64,000 bases of DNA, from assembly GCA_035452965.1 (NCBI GenBank), contig DAOTCE010000006.1, positions 109,941-173,940 of the forward strand, given 5' to 3'. Every line of letters starts with the position of its first letter. Within the stretch, counting starts at the first letter, position 1. This stretch comes from Minisyncoccota bacterium. GTDB lineage: Bacteria > Verrucomicrobiota > Verrucomicrobiia > Limisphaerales > UBA8199. Below the pieces are notes generated by a model. It worked only from the letters and a program-made list of their open reading frames with translations. It ran no database searches and had not been told where the DNA came from. The position numbers and the translations under genes are program-made. Below are positions 36,660-44,840 of this stretch, in pieces.

Positions 36660-38630
36660 TTACTTGCCACCCACCTTGGTCTTGGCCTGGTCGCCGAGTT
36701 CCTTGGCGCGTTTGGCCAGGTCGGCGTTGGCTGTCGAGCCGCACACCTTGTCGAGCACCTCGGCGAGCCGGGGCGCCAGCTTCGCCGCATCCGCGCTTTT
36801 CAACAGCATGTCGGAAACATTCACCGCGGCCGTGGCGGCCTCTTCCTTTGTGCCCGGTTCGTCCAGATGCGGCGCGACCAGGTCGAACGCCTCGACGGAG
36901 GCAATGCCGCCCAAGGCAGCCAGCAGCAGCCTTTTCTCCTCGTCCTTCTGGGTCAAAGCCGCCGCCTCGCGGCACATCGCCAGGCGCTTGTCCACCGGCA
37001 GGTCGGCCTGCCCCGCCAGGCGCAGGTAACCGCGCAGGCAAATCATCTTGTCGGTCGGGTTAGAGGCGGCCTTTGCTGCCTCAAGCAGGTGCGGCGCGGC
37101 GTCAGCGGTGCTCCAGGCGCCCAGCGCGCGAATAGCGGTGGCGCGCACCTCGGTGTTGGGATGCTGGACGGCTCCCCGAACGGCTTTGAGAGCCTTTTCG
37201 CCTCCGACTGCTCCCAGCACGCGAACCAGGGCGCACTGTTGGGCAGGCGGGGCTTGCGTCAAGCGGCCTTCGACCTGGCTGACGCACGAAGCAGGATCCT
37301 GCGCCCTCAAGCAGGCAGCGCTAAGGGCCTGCTCGGCCGCCTCCAGGTCTTCGGAACTCGCCGCCCGAACCAAGAGGTCAAGCAAGCGCGGGACTTCGGC
37401 CGATCCGGCCAGTTCGCCGAGCCTCTTGGTGGCAGCAACGCGCAGCTTGAGGTCCGGTCCGCCCGCGGCATCGAATAGAGCGGGAATGGCCGCAGTCATG
37501 CGCCGCCGCGCGATGAGGTCCAAAGCGCTGGCGCGGCGCGCGGCTGGACCGTCCGCAAGCATCTTGATGATGGCGGCGTCCGCGTCCTTGCCGGGGAGGC
37601 CGCCCAGGCTTTCCTGGGCCGCTGCGGCGATGTCCTTGTCTGGATCATCCATCAACTCCACAAATACTGGCAGCGCCGAGGCATCGCCGAATTGAGCAAT
37701 GGCACGAACGGCTGCCAGCCGGGCGCTCTTGTCCCCGCTCCGGGCGGCGGCGAACAGGGCGGGCAACGCCGCGGCGTCGCCCCGCTGGGCAAGGGTCTGC
37801 ATCAACAGAATTTGGCGTTCGGCCGGGATTGTTGGCAGCTCGCCGGCCAGAAGTCGCGTGACCTCCGGGCCCGGCATCTCCTGCGCGCTGCGAACCGCGG
37901 CGGAGAAAAGCGCGAAATTGCTGTCCCGCAATGTTGCCTTTAGCAGCGGCAGGCCATCCGTCTGTCGCGTAAGAATGGCCCCACGCACGGCCGCGGTGCG
38001 CACCTGGTGCGGCGCCGCTGTGGCACGCAGACGATCGTAAATCGCCACCGCCTGCTTGCGATTGCCCTTGCCTGCCTGCGTTTCCGCGCAGCGAAGCAGC
38101 CCCTCGCACAACGCGAGCTGGTTGGCGGCGGAGACAGCCGGCAAGGCATCCAGGAGCGCTTTGCCGGCGGCAGGAGTGCCGATGCTGCCCAGGGACCTTG
38201 CCGCGGCCTGGGCCACGTCGTTGTCGGGAGCCTGGAGCAGCTTGGTCAGGAGCTTTACGGCCTTAGGATCGCGGCGCACGCCAATGCTGCCGACGACGCC
38301 AGCGAGCAGGCGGCCCTGGAGTTTGCCAGCCGCGTCGCGCAACGCTTTGTCCACCGAGGAGCCGGGGATCGGCTCCAAACCGTAGCGGGCCATATGGGAA
38401 AGCTGTTCGTCCGACAGCAGCGCAGCCAGCGGCGCCACGGCGTCACTGGTGCCGATGCGGGCCAGCTCGCGGCAGGCGTCCGCCTTCTCCTTCTGAGTGG
38501 CGCCAGACTCCAGGACGGCAACTTGCTTCTTAACCAGCTCTTTAGTCGTAAGCGGGGCGCTTTCTGCCAGGCAGGCAGTCGCACAGGCGATGGTCAGGGT
38601 GAGGGTCAGGGAATGACGAATGAGATGCAT
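36660..38630 (-). CDS. secreted HEAT-repeat protein (paralog of 4408..6873, lacking the C-terminal beta-sandwich)
   Basis: Signal peptide MHLIRHSLTLTLTIACATACLA. LAALLSDEQLSHMARYGLEPI compares with LAALLTDEQLSHSARYALESM in the paralog. HEAT-like repeats throughout. Confidence 0.75.
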   Translation of the reverse strand: MHLIRHSLTLTLTIACATACLAESAPLTTKELVKKQVAVLESGATQKEKADACRELARIGTSDAVAPLAALLSDEQLSHMARYGLEPIPGSSVDKALRDAAGKLQGRLLAGVVGSIGVRRDPKAVKLLTKLLQAPDNDVAQAAARSLGSIGTPAAGKALLDALPAVSAANQLALCEGLLRCAETQAGKGNRKQAVAIYDRLRATAAPHQVRTAAVRGAILTRQTDGLPLLKATLRDSNFALFSAAVRSAQEMPGPEVTRLLAGELPTIPAERQILLMQTLAQRGDAAALPALFAAARSGDKSARLAAVRAIAQFGDASALPVFVELMDDPDKDIAAAAQESLGGLPGKDADAAIIKMLADGPAARRASALDLIARRRMTAAIPALFDAAGGPDLKLRVAATKRLGELAGSAEVPRLLDLLVRAASSEDLEAAEQALSAACLRAQDPASCVSQVEGRLTQAPPAQQCALVRVLGAVGGEKALKAVRGAVQHPNTEVRATAIRALGAWSTADAAPHLLEAAKAASNPTDKMICLRGYLRLAGQADLPVDKRLAMCREAAALTQKDEEKRLLLAALGGIASVEAFDLVAPHLDEPGTKEEAATAAVNVSDMLLKSADAAKLAPRLAEVLDKVCGSTANADLAKRAKELGDQAKTKVGGK

Positions 38631-38648
38631 AGTTGTTATAATTGGAAA

Positions 38649-40025
38649 TTACGCAGATTCGATTATCCAAGGCTCCCGCATCGCGCGGGAGCGGAGGCGG
38701 TTGGCCTCCGGGTCGTTGATGAACTCCTCTTTCACAGGGTCATACTTCATGTCGCGCTTGAGCCACATGCAGATGTTGGCGGCGTGCACGGTGGACATGG
38801 AGCGGTGCATGACTTCGGGATTGGCCACCGTGGGACGGCGCGACTTGATGCAGTCAAACAAGTTCCGCACATGGCTCATCGGGCGGCCCGTGCGCGCCAT
38901 GTAATCCTTGACCAGCTTGGAGAAGTCGGCCAGCAGCGCGGGCGATGAGGCTTCCGGCTTGGAGTAGCCGTCGGCCACTGCCACCCACCCTTCCGAGCCC
39001 TCGTAGCGGACCCCGCACGAGCCGTGCCACCACTGCTCGCCGCGGGATAGAATCATCTTCACGCCGTTGGGAAAGACGGTAACCATGCCATCGCCCGTGG
39101 GGTTGTTGACGTAGCCGTAACGGACCGCAGAGGTATCCGCAGCCCCCATCGCGACTTGGCATTGCCCGAAGGTGTGGGCGCCCCACTCGCCGATGCAGCT
39201 GGTGTGAAAATCATAGTAGCCACGCCAGCCGCCGCGCGTGTAGGCGGCATTGTAAGGCCGCCAGGGACACGGCCCCAGCCACTGGTCCCAGTCCACCTCA
39301 TCCTTAGCCGGCTCGGGTTCGGCGGGCAGCCAATCGAATTTCATCTCGGCGGCATCCCACGGCGCGATATGCGCCCGAACCGTGTGCACCCGCCCCAGCC
39401 GGCCGGTGCGGAGCAGCTCGTTGGCGAAGGTGAAGTTGTCCTCGCTGAGCCGCTGCAGGCCGGTTTGGTAGATGCGCCCGTAGCGCCGCGCCGTCGCGAC
39501 GACCGCCTGCCCCTCGGCGATGGTCATCGAAGACGGCTTTTCGGAATAGACATCCTTGCCCGCGCGCATCGCCATGACGGAGGCGGTCGCATGCCAGCGG
39601 TCCCCCGTCGCGATAAGCACCGCGTCAATGTCCGTGCGCCGGGCCAGAAAGTCGCGCATGTCGCGATACATCGCACAATCCTTGTTGCCATACTGCTCGT
39701 CCACCAGCCGCTTGATGGCCTCGCGCTGGGACTTCTTCGCATCGCAGATGGCGACGAACTGCACATCCTTCTCCGGCAGCATCCACTTTAAGACCCCGGT
39801 GCCTCGCCCGCCAACGCCCAGCCCCCCAAGCACAATCCGCTCGCTCGGCGGCACCAATCCATTCCGCCCCAGCGCCGAGGCCGGGATGAACCAGGGCGCG
39901 GCCACCGCACCACCGGCGACCACAGCGCGCCGAAGAAAATCCCGGCGGGTTAAGCCTGCCCCCCAGGAGCTACTGGGGGACAGACCGGACGGCCCAGTTG
40001 AAGGAGAAGGCTTCTGCTTAGACAT
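38649..40025 (-). CDS. Gfo/Idh/MocA family oxidoreductase with TAT signal
   Basis: LTRRDFLRRAVVAGGAVAAPWF, GLGVGGRGTG Rossmann motif, YSEKPSS motif. Confidence 0.85.
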   Translation of the reverse strand: MSKQKPSPSTGPSGLSPSSSWGAGLTRRDFLRRAVVAGGAVAAPWFIPASALGRNGLVPPSERIVLGGLGVGGRGTGVLKWMLPEKDVQFVAICDAKKSQREAIKRLVDEQYGNKDCAMYRDMRDFLARRTDIDAVLIATGDRWHATASVMAMRAGKDVYSEKPSSMTIAEGQAVVATARRYGRIYQTGLQRLSEDNFTFANELLRTGRLGRVHTVRAHIAPWDAAEMKFDWLPAEPEPAKDEVDWDQWLGPCPWRPYNAAYTRGGWRGYYDFHTSCIGEWGAHTFGQCQVAMGAADTSAVRYGYVNNPTGDGMVTVFPNGVKMILSRGEQWWHGSCGVRYEGSEGWVAVADGYSKPEASSPALLADFSKLVKDYMARTGRPMSHVRNLFDCIKSRRPTVANPEVMHRSMSTVHAANICMWLKRDMKYDPVKEEFINDPEANRLRSRAMREPWIIESA

Positions 40026-40200
40026 TAGCGGAGCCTAACAGCCTCGCTCCGCCAGACGCAAAACTTTTCCCACTGCTGGCGTAATCCCTCAGTCAGCCAC
40101 GGCCGCTTCGTCGAGGCGGCCAAACGGTGGGCCACTCTACGCAAACCAGGCGGTCGAATCGGTTACCGGCCGGAATCCGCCCCCGCTGCCCACGCCAGTC

Positions 40201-40374
40201 ACACCGAATACTCACCGTATACTCACCGTATCATCACCGTGGATACAGCCTTGACATCCGAGGTAAATTCCAGCGTACACCGCTGTCGTTACGCAACTTA
40301 CACGAATTCGGGCCCGGAATGGGCGCTCTTTACAGCACCATCCATGCAAACCACTGCAACGATTCAACTTGCAC
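40201..40374 (+). repeat. conserved non-coding element, copy B (four phased 11-bp repeats + TTGACA + distal conserved block)
   Basis: ACACCGAATAC / TCACCGTATAC / TCACCGTATCA / TCACCGTGGATAC (40201-40246). TTGACA at 40251-40256. 91 nt later comes AAACCACTGCAACGATTCAACTTGCAC (40348-40374). Oriented toward the oxidoreductase gene at 40501. Confidence 0.7.
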
Positions 40375-40500
40375 AGCCTCTGGCACCGATTGGTCCCCGC
40401 GCTGCCCAGCAGTCCTGCCGGACAAAGTCCGACACGAGAAAGGAGTTGAGGCGGGAGCCGCTTTCCCCTAATAGATATTCAAACGATAAAGCAAACGATC

Positions 40501-42006
40501 ATGAACTTCACACGCCGTAATTTCCTCAAGGCGACCGCCATGGGCGCCGCTGCACTCACCTTTGACGCTCGCATCTGGAGCCGGGCCGCCGGCGCGAACG
40601 GCGACATCCGGGTTGCGCAGGTTGGCCTCCGGAGCCAGGGTGCCGGTCACATCAAGACCTTAAGCAAGTTGAAAGGCGTGCGCCTCGTGGCCCTCTGCGA
40701 CGTGGACCGGCATGTGCTCGATGCCAAAGCCCAGGAACTGGGTGGCGGAATCCAGACCTACACCGACATCCGCAAGCTGCTTGAAAACAAGGACGTGGAC
40801 GCCATTTCCATCGCCACGCCAAACCATTGGCACGCCCTGGGAACTGTTTGGGCGTGTCAGGCGGGCAAGGACGTCTATGTGGAGAAGCCCGCATCGCACA
40901 ACATGTTCGAGGGCCGGCAAATGGTCGAGGCGGCCCGCAAGTACAAACGCATCGTCCAGTGCGGCACACAGTGCCGTTCTTCAGCGGGACTGCAGCAAGC
41001 CGTGGAATACGTGCGCGGCGGCAGTCTGGGCAAGATCGTCCTCGCCCGCGGCTTCTGCTACAAAGCCCGCAAGAGCATTGGCCTGGTGGACGGCCCGCAA
41101 CCCGTGCCCGATTACATTGATTACGACCTCTGGTGCGGCCCGGCTCCGAAAGACCCCCCGCGCCGCAACACCAGTTTTGGCACGATCCACTACGATTGGC
41201 ACTGGTTCTGGAACTACGGCAACGGCGACTACGGCAACCAGGCCCCGCACCAGGTGGACATCGCGCGCTGGTTCCTGGGCGAAACGGCCATCGCGCCTTT
41301 CTCCCTCGCCGTCGGAGGACGCCTGGGCTACCGGGACTCCGCGGAAACGCCCAACACCCTCGTCGTCTATCACGGCTACAAAACGCCGCTCTTGTTCGAG
41401 GTGCGCGGCCTGCCGCAGGACAAAGCGTCCCAGGAGCAAGGTTGGAACATGGACAAATACAAGGGCGTGGGCGTGGGCAACGTCATCGAGTGCGAACAGG
41501 GTTACGTCGTGGTCCCCAGCTACACCGAGGCCATCGTTTATGACAAGTATAACAAGGAAATCACCCGCTTCACTGGCAAGCGGAGGAGCAATGTCCCGGA
41601 CCTGAAGACCCCAGTCGGGCTGACAGCCGAATCCGGCGGCCACCATGGCAACTGGATCGCCGCAGTCCGGAGCCGGAGAAGCAAAGACCTGCACGCGGAG
41701 ATCCTGGAGGGCCATCTTTCGGCCGGCCTCGTCCACACCGGAAACATCTCCTACCGCCTCGGCGCGCGAAAGGCGCCGGGCGAAATCAAGGAAGCGCTCG
41801 CCGACAACCGGAGCCTGACCGAAGCCTACAACCGCATGGCCGGCCACCTGGACGCCAACGGCGTGGACATCACCAAAGACAATGTGCAGCTGGGCATGCC
41901 GCTGAAGTTCGATCCCCGGAAGGAGCGCTTCGTGGACAACGCACAGGCCAACGAACTGCTCAGCCGCAATTACCGCCCGCCGTTTGTCGTTCCGGCCAAG
42001 GTCTGA
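40501..42006 (+). CDS. Gfo/Idh/MocA family oxidoreductase with TAT signal
   Basis: MNFTRRNFLKATAMGAAALT, VGLRSQGAGH, YVEKPAS motif, 501 aa. Confidence 0.85.
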   Translation: MNFTRRNFLKATAMGAAALTFDARIWSRAAGANGDIRVAQVGLRSQGAGHIKTLSKLKGVRLVALCDVDRHVLDAKAQELGGGIQTYTDIRKLLENKDVDAISIATPNHWHALGTVWACQAGKDVYVEKPASHNMFEGRQMVEAARKYKRIVQCGTQCRSSAGLQQAVEYVRGGSLGKIVLARGFCYKARKSIGLVDGPQPVPDYIDYDLWCGPAPKDPPRRNTSFGTIHYDWHWFWNYGNGDYGNQAPHQVDIARWFLGETAIAPFSLAVGGRLGYRDSAETPNTLVVYHGYKTPLLFEVRGLPQDKASQEQGWNMDKYKGVGVGNVIECEQGYVVVPSYTEAIVYDKYNKEITRFTGKRRSNVPDLKTPVGLTAESGGHHGNWIAAVRSRRSKDLHAEILEGHLSAGLVHTGNISYRLGARKAPGEIKEALADNRSLTEAYNRMAGHLDANGVDITKDNVQLGMPLKFDPRKERFVDNAQANELLSRNYRPPFVVPAKV

Positions 42007-42038
42007 TTCAGGTCCCGCCGCCGCCGCCGGCGCGTCTC

Positions 42039-42163
42039 AGAGCCTGTTTGAAAATGCCAGTCTAACGCCGGGTGTGGACACCCGGCCTGCAGGGAATCGG
42101 CGAAAAGGCGCCATCCTGTGGGCCCGGACCCCTGACCGGGCGAATTCTCAAACAAGGTCTCAG
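42039..42163 (+). repeat. 125-bp MITE/REP-like element, copy 1
   Basis: 120 of 125 positions identical to 52996-53120, in the same orientation. Imperfect terminal inverted repeats (AGAGCCTGTTTGAAAAT ... ATTCTCAAACAAGGTCTCAG). Internal hairpins CCGGGTG-NNNN-CACCCGG and GCCCGGAC-CCCT-GACCGGGC. The 3' end overlaps the stop codon of the convergent gene 42160..43506. Confidence 0.75.
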
Positions 42164-43506
42164 CCCTTCGACGGCTGCGGGTGCACCCACGGAGCACGGT
42201 AGGGCCGCTCCAAGAGCCGGTTGGCTTCATCGTCGCCGATGATCCTGCCCGCGGCGGCATCCCACGCGAAGCTGCGGCCCAATTTCATGGACAGGTTTGC
42301 CAGGATGCACGCGGTGCTTGAAATGTAGCCTTGCTCGATGTCCGCAACCGGCTTGCCGCGGGACGCAATGGCGGCCAGGAAGTCTCTCATGTGGCCACGA
42401 ATCGCAGGGGCGACTTGCTTCTCCAGGTCCTTCTCGTCGCGGTCCTCGGGATACTGGTCGAACTCCATCGTGACCTCGCGATGGACGGGCTGGCCGTTGC
42501 CGGTGGGCGCGAACGTGTAGCTGTTGATGCTCGCCTTCAGGTTGCCCTTGTCCCCCCAGAACGTAACACCCCAAGGGTAACGCGGGTCCGGTGACTGGCC
42601 CCAGCGGCGGTGCTGCCAGACCACCTGCAGGTCGCCGAAGTCGAACACAGCCGTCTGCGTGTCCGCGATGTTGGCCTTGCGGCCCTTTCTCATGATGATG
42701 CCGCCGGAGGAACTGACCGTCCGGGGCGAGCCCAGGTCGAGCATCCAGCGGGCGGCGTCAAGCATGTGGATGCACAGGTCGCCCACGGTGCCGTTGCCAT
42801 ACTCCATGAACGAGCGCCAGCCGCGGGGATGCTTCATGCGGTTGTAGGGCCGCATGGGGGCCGGGCCAGTCCACATCTCCCAGTCGAGGTGGTCGGGCGG
42901 ATCGCTGTCCTCCGGGTCAGGCCCGGCACCGCCGCCGTAATAGCTGTAGATTTCCACCAGGCCCACCTTGCCCAGCTTCCCCTCGCGGATGATGGTGTCC
43001 CGCGCTTCGATCAGGTGCGGCGTGCTGCGGCGCTGGGTGCCCACCTGCACCACCCGCCCGTGCTTGCGCGCGGCGGCCAGCATGGCTTGCCCCTCGATGA
43101 TGTCCACGCTGATCGGCTTTTGCACATAGACGTCCGCCCCCGCCTCGACCGCGGCAATCATCGGCAGCGCGTGCCAATGGTCGGGCGTGGCGATCAGGAC
43201 AATGTCCAGGTCCTGCTCGCGGAGCATCTGCCGGTAGTCATGGTAGGTGCGAGGCTTCTTTTTCGAGGCTTGGCGCGAGGCGACAATGTCCGCCGCGCCG
43301 GCCAGCATCCGTTGGTCCACGTCGCAGAGCGAGACGACCTCGACCGGGGCCACCTGGATCAGGCGCAGCAAGTCGCACTTGCCGTACCAGCCGCAGCCGA
43401 TGAGGCCAACGCGCTTCCGCTGCTCGGCGAACTCAGCGGCATAACTGCCGAGGGCGGACAACGCCAATCCCGCCGCGCCAGCCTGGAGGAATTCCCTTCG
43501 GTTCAT
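42160..43506 (-). CDS. Gfo/Idh/MocA family oxidoreductase with TAT signal
   Basis: Track ORF 42160..43542. The internal ATG 43506 gives MNRREFLQAGAAGLALSALG. GLIGCGWYG Rossmann motif, YVQKPIS motif. Confidence 0.85.
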   Translation of the reverse strand: MNRREFLQAGAAGLALSALGSYAAEFAEQRKRVGLIGCGWYGKCDLLRLIQVAPVEVVSLCDVDQRMLAGAADIVASRQASKKKPRTYHDYRQMLREQDLDIVLIATPDHWHALPMIAAVEAGADVYVQKPISVDIIEGQAMLAAARKHGRVVQVGTQRRSTPHLIEARDTIIREGKLGKVGLVEIYSYYGGGAGPDPEDSDPPDHLDWEMWTGPAPMRPYNRMKHPRGWRSFMEYGNGTVGDLCIHMLDAARWMLDLGSPRTVSSSGGIIMRKGRKANIADTQTAVFDFGDLQVVWQHRRWGQSPDPRYPWGVTFWGDKGNLKASINSYTFAPTGNGQPVHREVTMEFDQYPEDRDEKDLEKQVAPAIRGHMRDFLAAIASRGKPVADIEQGYISSTACILANLSMKLGRSFAWDAAAGRIIGDDEANRLLERPYRAPWVHPQPSKG

Positions 43507-43593
43507 GCGGGTCGTTTTACGGCCAACCACACCCCAGCGCAAGCCCTGACTCCCCTGCCGCCCGCGAGCGTGCTCCGTTAGCCTGAAACAGGA

Positions 43594-43809
43594 CTAGCCT
43601 CGAACCAGCACGGCCTTGTTGGTCTTGAGGTATTTCTCCACGGCCTTCTTGTTGGAAAGCGACATGGGCGTGCGCTTGGCGTCGCGCTTGATGAGCTTGT
43701 AATGAACGAGGTGTTTGCCGACGAGGTCAACGTGCAGGTCGGAATCCTCCATGCGCCAGACCTGGCCGGTAGCCAGCGGCGGGGCAGAAACTCGACTCTT
43801 CTGGCGCAT
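43594..43809 (-). CDS. 71-aa hypothetical protein
   Basis: The internal ATG 43809 of track ORF 43594..43989 gives MRQKSRVSAPPLATGQVWRMEDSDLHVDLVGKHLVHYKLIKRDAKRTPMSLSNKKAVEKYLKTNKAVLVRG. The longer form would overlap the leuD start region. No family recognised. Confidence 0.4.
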   Translation of the reverse strand: MRQKSRVSAPPLATGQVWRMEDSDLHVDLVGKHLVHYKLIKRDAKRTPMSLSNKKAVEKYLKTNKAVLVRG

Positions 43810-43924
43810 AACTTTCAAGCGCTCAGGATGCCAGACCGATCCGGCGAAGGCAATGCAAATTGACGCAATCTGACACCCTGCAAATCTGGTTGAATAATCG
43901 CCCGCCAGCGGCCAAGCTGCCGCC

Positions 43925-44473
43925 ATGCAATCTGTGTTTACAGGTCCGGTCTTTGTGGTGCGGGATAATATAGACACTGACCAGATCATCCCGGCGCAAT
44001 ACCTGAATCTTGTGCCAACGATACCCGAGGAGTACGAGAAGCTGGGCGCTTACGCGTTTGCCGGCCTGCCCGAATCGGCGTACCCGGAGCGCTACGTGCA
44101 GGAAGGCCAGCTCGACAGCGATTACCCGATCGTGGTGGCGGGTCGCAACTTCGGTTGCGGCAGCTCCCGCGAGCACGCGCCCATCGCCCTGGGCTCCGCG
44201 GGCTGCAAGGTGGTCCTCGCGCAGAGTTTCGCGCGCATCTTCTTCCGCAACTCCGTCGCAACCGGGGAACTCTACCCCTGCGAAACCGTCGAGCGGCTTT
44301 GCGACGTGTTGAAGACCGGCGAAGTGGCCACCGTGGACCTGAACGCCAGCACGGTGACCATCAAGAGCACGGGCCAGGTTTGCCAGCTCAAGCCACTGGG
44401 CGATGTGCGCCCGGTAGTGGACGCCGGGGGGCTGTTCAATTACGCCCGCAAGACGGGGATGATCCCCAAGTGA
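43925..44473 (+). CDS. leuD: 3-isopropylmalate dehydratase small subunit
   Basis: ...VRDNIDTDQIIPAQYL...VVAGRNFGCGSSREHAPIAL...FARIFFRNSVATGEL, canonical LeuD/aconitase swivel-domain motifs. Confidence 0.85.
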   Translation: MQSVFTGPVFVVRDNIDTDQIIPAQYLNLVPTIPEEYEKLGAYAFAGLPESAYPERYVQEGQLDSDYPIVVAGRNFGCGSSREHAPIALGSAGCKVVLAQSFARIFFRNSVATGELYPCETVERLCDVLKTGEVATVDLNASTVTIKSTGQVCQLKPLGDVRPVVDAGGLFNYARKTGMIPK

Positions 44474-44506
44474 CGCGGGCTAACTACAGGTCCCGGAGAT
44501 GGCCGG

Positions 44507-44836
44507 TCAGTAAATCTCCACGTCCTTGGTCACCGCCGGCGTGCCGTGACTGGCGGCCAGCTCCAGCGATTTCTTCGGGCACACCTCCACGCAGCAGCCG
44601 CACGTGATGCACAGCAAGCGGTCGATCGCCCACTCCTTCCTAGCGCGGTTTACCACCAGCGCGCCGGTGGGGCACTTCTTGGCGCAGACGTTGCAATAGA
44701 CGCAGGTGTCTTTGGTGAAGACCAGCCACCCGCGGGAGCCGGCCAGCTCGCGCCGCGGCTCAAAGGGGTAGCGGCTCGTCGGCGGTTTGGTCAGCGCCCA
44801 CTTGAGGGCCAGCCGGGACATTTCGAAATAGGCCAT
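44507..44836 (-). CDS. 2x[4Fe-4S] ferredoxin subunit of group 4 hydrogenase (EchF/HycF/NuoI-like)
   Basis: Track ORF 44507..44872. ATG 44836 lies 4 nt after the large-subunit stop. Two cluster motifs: CVYCNVCAKKCP and CITCGCCVEVCP. Confidence 0.8.
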   Translation of the reverse strand: MAYFEMSRLALKWALTKPPTSRYPFEPRRELAGSRGWLVFTKDTCVYCNVCAKKCPTGALVVNRARKEWAIDRLLCITCGCCVEVCPKKSLELAASHGTPAVTKDVEIY

Positions 44837-44840
44837 AAGA

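Noticed and set aside
40127-40520. ORFs 40127..40471 and 40239..40520 in the divergent intergenic region, and 18241..18492 in the other element copy
   Set aside because: They span the conserved non-coding element. The differences between the two copies are non-synonymous, and the conserved distal block lies after the stop in copy A but inside the ORF in copy B. Conservation is therefore at the nucleotide level, not the protein level.
40437-40520. Upstream ORF (TTG 40446) preceded by AAAGGAG in the oxidoreductase leader
   Set aside because: The Shine-Dalgarno-like AGGAG directly abuts the TTG (zero spacing), which is incompatible with initiation. There is no supporting conservation.
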